The translations under genes and the position numbers were made by a program. From positions 1 to 53,059 of the IMG/VR virus record IMGVR_UViG_3300042987_002152: 53,059 nucleotides of DNA, one strand, 5' to 3'. Position 1 is the first letter of the stretch. Every line of letters starts with the position of its first letter. This DNA is from a virus. Its lineage: Duplodnaviria > Caudoviricetes. Below the pieces are notes generated by a model, which was not told where the DNA came from, ran no database searches, and saw nothing but the letters and a program-made list of their open reading frames with translations. This document shows positions 49,068 to 53,059 of this stretch, one piece after another.

Positions 49068-49322
49068 CTATATGCTCTCAAGGTTATGGGAAAAGGTTCC
49101 ACCCCAAGTCAAATGGAACATGATAGCATCTTTGTGAAATTGAAACATAAACCGCCTGCTATAACATCTGACAAGGCCCACATAGATTGGACCTGCATAA
49201 TATGTGGCTCCTCGGGTGTTAGGCCAACACTGATAACACCAAGTATACGCCTGTTCCAAACGGAGGCTGTCTGGTGAATGCAATACCACAATATATTCAA
49301 GCTTAGCCACGTTGCTGTTCAC
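49068..49322 (-). CDS. small hypothetical protein (F-x-F...F-x-L-T-W family)
   Basis: FMFQFHKDAIMFHLTWG. Confidence 0.6.
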   Translation of the reverse strand: MNSNVAKLEYIVVLHSPDSLRLEQAYTWCYQCWPNTRGATYYAGPIYVGLVRCYSRRFMFQFHKDAIMFHLTWGGTFSHNLESI

Positions 49323-49545
49323 ACCCCTGGCATATCCATGCTATGTCCACATTGGGGGCACTTCCAAACGTCTTCAAGTGTGACAATGTGACAGTTTCGT
49401 TATTGATCAAATGTCCTCCTGGATCACTCAGAGCATGTTTAAGATAGTCTGGAATAGTTGGACCAATGGCAATGCCCTGGTTCATAGCCACATGGCATCG
49501 GTAGCAAGTGGGGATCAATTTATGGTTCACCTTATCAAATCTCAT
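49303..49545 (-). CDS. small Cys-containing hypothetical protein
   Basis: CYRC and CQGC pairs; overlaps both neighbours. Confidence 0.5.
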   Translation of the reverse strand: MRFDKVNHKLIPTCYRCHVAMNQGIAIGPTIPDYLKHALSDPGGHLINNETVTLSHLKTFGSAPNVDIAWICQGCEQQRG

Positions 49546-49825
49546 GTGAAGTCTGAGTGATTAGACGTGCTGCAACCTGCTCTGCCATATGAACATACCA
49601 TGGCCAGCCATCAATATTCTCAAAATACCAGTCACTAGTAGAGGTAGGCAACGGCACAGCACAGGGCTCTAATCCTCGATATTCATTATAGCCCCACACG
49701 ATAGGGCCGTATATTGCATCTGTGAGGATCTTGCAACATACCATGGTGGGAAAGCAAGCCACGGCATAGACACACCACAACGGTTTGCCCACGATCCCAG
49801 GATCATTTGGATCAACCAACATCAC
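49535..49825 (-). CDS. small hypothetical protein
   Basis: Coupled to the ligase stop; AGGAG RBS. Confidence 0.55.
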   Translation of the reverse strand: MMLVDPNDPGIVGKPLWCVYAVACFPTMVCCKILTDAIYGPIVWGYNEYRGLEPCAVPLPTSTSDWYFENIDGWPWYVHMAEQVAARLITQTSHEI

Positions 49826-51024
49826 TCATTCTCCTGTGATTCATCCTTGTATTTCAGGCCACCCCATAGATATCGAACGGAATCAACTCTGGTTTGGGTG
49901 CCCAGATTCTTGCGGATCAGCTCTAGCACTGCCGTTGGGAAATCAAATTCACTATTATCCCAGGCCTGAAAAATCATTCCCCTGAGGCTGGAATCCATGG
50001 TGGGAGCCCATTCAATAGCAAACTTCTTGCGATCAGTACCAAACAAGCTTTTGGCATCCATATAAACCAGCTGCCACTTGCCAATGGTGTCCTGCACACC
50101 CTGCCAAAAATCCCGTTCATAGGTTTCCACACGAGTGAGATCTTCTCTGGGCAAATAGCTCTTGATGTCGTCCAGCTTTTGGTCCAAGATCATCTCAATC
50201 AAGCCCTTTTCATGGATCAGATTATCCTTGGCTCGATGGATCCTCACATAAGAATCAGCCTTGAGCTTGACCATGTGTCCATCATGCCAGCGGATAATAC
50301 AGCCTTCCTGATCTTCCAGTGCCCGTGTGTCATTCACCAGTTGCTGCATGCTTTCCACAGTTCCTGCATATGCTCGCACCAAATCCAAGCCATACTCACC
50401 AGCCAGCTCTTGCATCTGCTGATAGGTGAGATATTCACCAGTCAACACATGGCGAACTGCAATCAGCACCAGCCTGTCCTCAGGATAGTCTATCACAATC
50501 CGTTGCTGACGACTACACCATTCAAATATGGGCGTATATCCAGCGCCAATCGCACCTAGGATGAACGTATTGATGTTGGGTTTGTTGGCCACGTATGTCT
50601 CAGCTTGTTGTGCCACATCTGTGATTCCCATTCGGGTGCCCAACCGATAGGTGCCACCTGTGGTGGGAATGGGACGAATCATACTTCCATCCATTTTATC
50701 TAATATGATATGGGGTTTGCTGAGATCAATGTTCTCCAACAAAGTCTCCCGTCGTTCTCCTGCATTCCAAAATTTATGCAGGGGGCGAGACACCAATTCT
50801 CCCTGTTTGTTAAAGCACAATCCTCTGCATTCTCGGCGAATTGCATGATGCATTGCCAGCTCAGGCCCATCCTGGCTGAGTACTTCCGGAAACATATCAG
50901 GACCCATCTGCACATAGTTCACCACAGTGCCCCAGTCACGCTGGGCAACAATAAATCCCTCCACTCCCTGGATGGCAGCCAGCACTTGATCAATGTGGGT
51001 GATTTCAGGAAACTTATAGTGCAT
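49822..51024 (-). CDS. T4 Rnl1-like RNA ligase
   Basis: RECRGLCF, RPLHKFWN, KMDGS, EGCII and MVKLKADSY; start MHYKF at 51024. Confidence 0.9.
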   Translation of the reverse strand: MHYKFPEITHIDQVLAAIQGVEGFIVAQRDWGTVVNYVQMGPDMFPEVLSQDGPELAMHHAIRRECRGLCFNKQGELVSRPLHKFWNAGERRETLLENIDLSKPHIILDKMDGSMIRPIPTTGGTYRLGTRMGITDVAQQAETYVANKPNINTFILGAIGAGYTPIFEWCSRQQRIVIDYPEDRLVLIAVRHVLTGEYLTYQQMQELAGEYGLDLVRAYAGTVESMQQLVNDTRALEDQEGCIIRWHDGHMVKLKADSYVRIHRAKDNLIHEKGLIEMILDQKLDDIKSYLPREDLTRVETYERDFWQGVQDTIGKWQLVYMDAKSLFGTDRKKFAIEWAPTMDSSLRGMIFQAWDNSEFDFPTAVLELIRKNLGTQTRVDSVRYLWGGLKYKDESQENE

Positions 51025-51047
51025 GATCAATCCCTTATGATTGCTAT

Positions 51048-51075
51048 AATATAGCACACTCTTGGATCATGTCAA
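51048..51075 (-). promoter_or_regulatory. sigma70-type early promoter
   Basis: TTGACA-N16-TATATT with TGC before the -10, same geometry as 16786 and 17602. Confidence 0.65.
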
Positions 51076-51299
51076 TCAGTCGTTGTCATCAAATCCATTG
51101 GCAGGTCTCTCTGGGACAGGTACCAATCCCATTGATCCTTGCCTATAGATATGAGGATTTTTTCTTGTCTACAAGGATGTTCATGTACCTGGTCTTTCAG
51201 CACATCCAGAAGATCTTAAAATCACTGCTGGATCGTGGCATCTGACATGACCTATATGGGCATGTCCACAAGCCGATGACCTGTGGTTCCACACATGAA

Positions 51300-52841
51300 T
51301 TATTTTCTTGCCTTCTTGCCTCTACCCAATGCCTGCACATCTGGCACCCTGGGATCCCGCTTGTCACGTGCGTTTTTGCTAACGATCCTACCCACCTGTT
51401 TGTCCCGTATGGCCTTCTCAGCCTGATGTGGGGTCTTGAAACTGTCACCAGTCAGCTTGTCTACAATTTGGCCATCTTTGGTCATTTCAAATCTTTCATC
51501 ACCAGCCAATTCCTTGAGCAGTTTGCCCATTTCAACCAAATTTCTGAATATGGGTTTGCCTGAAGGGTTTTCCACCTTGAGTCGGGCCTTGACAAGCACA
51601 TTATCGGGGTTGTCTTTTTCATGTACAATAATGGTGGGCGTGGCCAGTGCAGTGGCTGATGTCCGGATGCTGGCTGCCAGATCCAGTTGATCCAGTTTCT
51701 CTTCCAAATTGTCAAAGTTGATTTGATCATAGCCTGCAATGGTGGGTGCATTCTTGAGTGCAATTAAAACTACATCCTTGTCTGAACCTCTTGCAAAATG
51801 TTGTATGCCTCTGGCCAAATCCGTCACCCAGTGAGCTTCTGTGGTGTTGTTGGATGTCTTCAATTTACGATTTAGTTCATCTTTGACCCACAAATATGCT
51901 TTGCTGGCAGCTTGTACAGGTTGTCCACTGTCCCATTCCTTTTGGATGCTGGCAGGCAGTGTGACGCCAAACAGGGCATGCATGAATTCTTTGACAGTTG
52001 CAAAGCTTGTGCCATATCTCTGGCCAAACTGTGCAACATCTGCTGCCTTGAGGCTGATATTCAGTTTCACAGGCTTGCCGTCAATTTTCACTCTCACATC
52101 CACTTTGGTGCCTGTTTGTTCACTCAAACCGTCACTTGTGATTTCCACATGATTGGCTTGGGGATCATTCAGAATGTGGTCAATCTGTTCTTGCATCTGT
52201 TTGTTCTTGTTTGCAAACAGTTGGGCGCTTTTTAATGCACCAATATAGCCTGACCTATCTTCACTCATTAGTGCATCCATGGTGATCTTGTCCAGTTTGA
52301 TCTCCAGTTTGATTTTGTTGCCCTGCTCAGTGGTGTTATATGTGGCTCTTGCAATAGGAGCCTTCTTGCCCTGTTGAATATATTCCAGTTTGCCGCCTTG
52401 CCTGTTGTTCTTGATGTTGTTGAGAATCTTAACAATATCTTGTTCTGTGACTAATTTGTTGGTCACAAAGCGAGCTGTAATAGCCACCCCCAATAAACCT
52501 TCTGCCAAATTACCCACATTAAATCCCTTGACTCCTGCGCCTCCTCCGAATTCCTTGGTTTTTTTGAGGTTACCAATTGCCATGCTTTGCCCATCCAGGG
52601 TTCGCACTATGATCTTGGAAAATTTCTCCCCAGCCAACAGTCTGTCAAATGTATCTTTCAGTTGATCATGACTGTGAGGATCTATCAAAACCTGTTCGCC
52701 TGTGCGTTCCACTGTGAAGGGGAGTTGTTCCTTGACCATGTTCAGAAATTTCTGTATTCGCCAAGGACGCCGTATGAGGGCACTAGCATCCAAACCAGAT
52801 TCTGTGATGGATGGATGGGGTCTAAGTTGGTAGATTCGCAT
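51300..52841 (-). CDS. probable virion-packaged protein with PD-(D/E)xK-like nuclease motif
   Basis: Leader MRIYQLRPHPSITE; GNLAEG...KVDV...ISLK; TAAATA at 52866-52861. Confidence 0.6.
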   Translation of the reverse strand: MRIYQLRPHPSITESGLDASALIRRPWRIQKFLNMVKEQLPFTVERTGEQVLIDPHSHDQLKDTFDRLLAGEKFSKIIVRTLDGQSMAIGNLKKTKEFGGGAGVKGFNVGNLAEGLLGVAITARFVTNKLVTEQDIVKILNNIKNNRQGGKLEYIQQGKKAPIARATYNTTEQGNKIKLEIKLDKITMDALMSEDRSGYIGALKSAQLFANKNKQMQEQIDHILNDPQANHVEITSDGLSEQTGTKVDVRVKIDGKPVKLNISLKAADVAQFGQRYGTSFATVKEFMHALFGVTLPASIQKEWDSGQPVQAASKAYLWVKDELNRKLKTSNNTTEAHWVTDLARGIQHFARGSDKDVVLIALKNAPTIAGYDQINFDNLEEKLDQLDLAASIRTSATALATPTIIVHEKDNPDNVLVKARLKVENPSGKPIFRNLVEMGKLLKELAGDERFEMTKDGQIVDKLTGDSFKTPHQAEKAIRDKQVGRIVSKNARDKRDPRVPDVQALGRGKKARK

Positions 52842-52867
52842 GTGATCATCTCTTTTGGCATATTTAT

Positions 52868-52946
52868 TATTTCGAGAGGAAGTCCACTGGCTTTCAAGCC
52901 AGTGAATGGATAGCAAGTGGTATAAATATTGATATAATCTAGTTGC
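52868..52946 (+). mobile_element. IS605 left-end copy F with internal late promoter
   Basis: 52858-52946 matches the reverse complement of 46245-46333 at 83/89 nt; TATAAATA at 52921-52928. Confidence 0.7.
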
Positions 52947-53059
52947 GTCATAGTTATTGAGATCATATATTTCCATAACTGATCTTATATTTTTTTAACA
53001 GAGGGACTATATGCTCCTCTGTTGCGGATATTGATAGCGCCATTCAAGTCAGCATCTAT

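Noticed and set aside
51076-51299. Possible small ORFs between the ligase and the last gene
   Set aside because: No frame with a convincing start, RBS and length.
52997-53023. Hairpin aacagagg...cctctgtt as a terminator or further element end
   Set aside because: No U-tract follows the stem on either strand, the match to the element consensus is weak, and the context is cut by the window edge.
1-53059. CRISPR array, tRNA or rRNA genes
   Set aside because: No regularly spaced repeat-spacer units and no cloverleaf recognised by eye; the repeats are dispersed. A tRNA scan was not possible.

Overview
53-kb segment of a large T4-superfamily (jumbo-type) myophage genome in the standard genetic code. 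It carries a gp55-like late sigma factor and a baseplate/tail module: tube-like protein, gp53, gp27-like hub, gp5 with three peptidoglycan-hydrolase domains, gp25, gp6, a 4166-aa structural protein and fibre proteins. It also carries nucleotide-metabolism genes (pyrB, a phosphoribosyltransferase, thyX), a SNF2 helicase with a separate HARP-like partner, HNH nucleases, an AAA ATPase, an Rnl1-type RNA ligase and a Pnkp-like phosphoesterase. Two things stand out. (1) A family of 6-7 dispersed IS200/IS605-derived mini-elements lies in the intergenic DNA. One copy (46085-46323) appears to keep both ends, a TnpB omega-RNA-like scaffold and its own phage late promoter while having lost almost all of tnpB, and removing it rebuilds a perfect TATAAATA promoter. 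(2) A set of probably capsid-packaged enzymes carries T4-like targeting leaders, including a ligase-like + HIGH nucleotidyltransferase + Acb1-like (anti-CBASS) fusion next to a Pol-beta-type nucleotidyltransferase. All calls come from motif reading by eye; no database searches were run.
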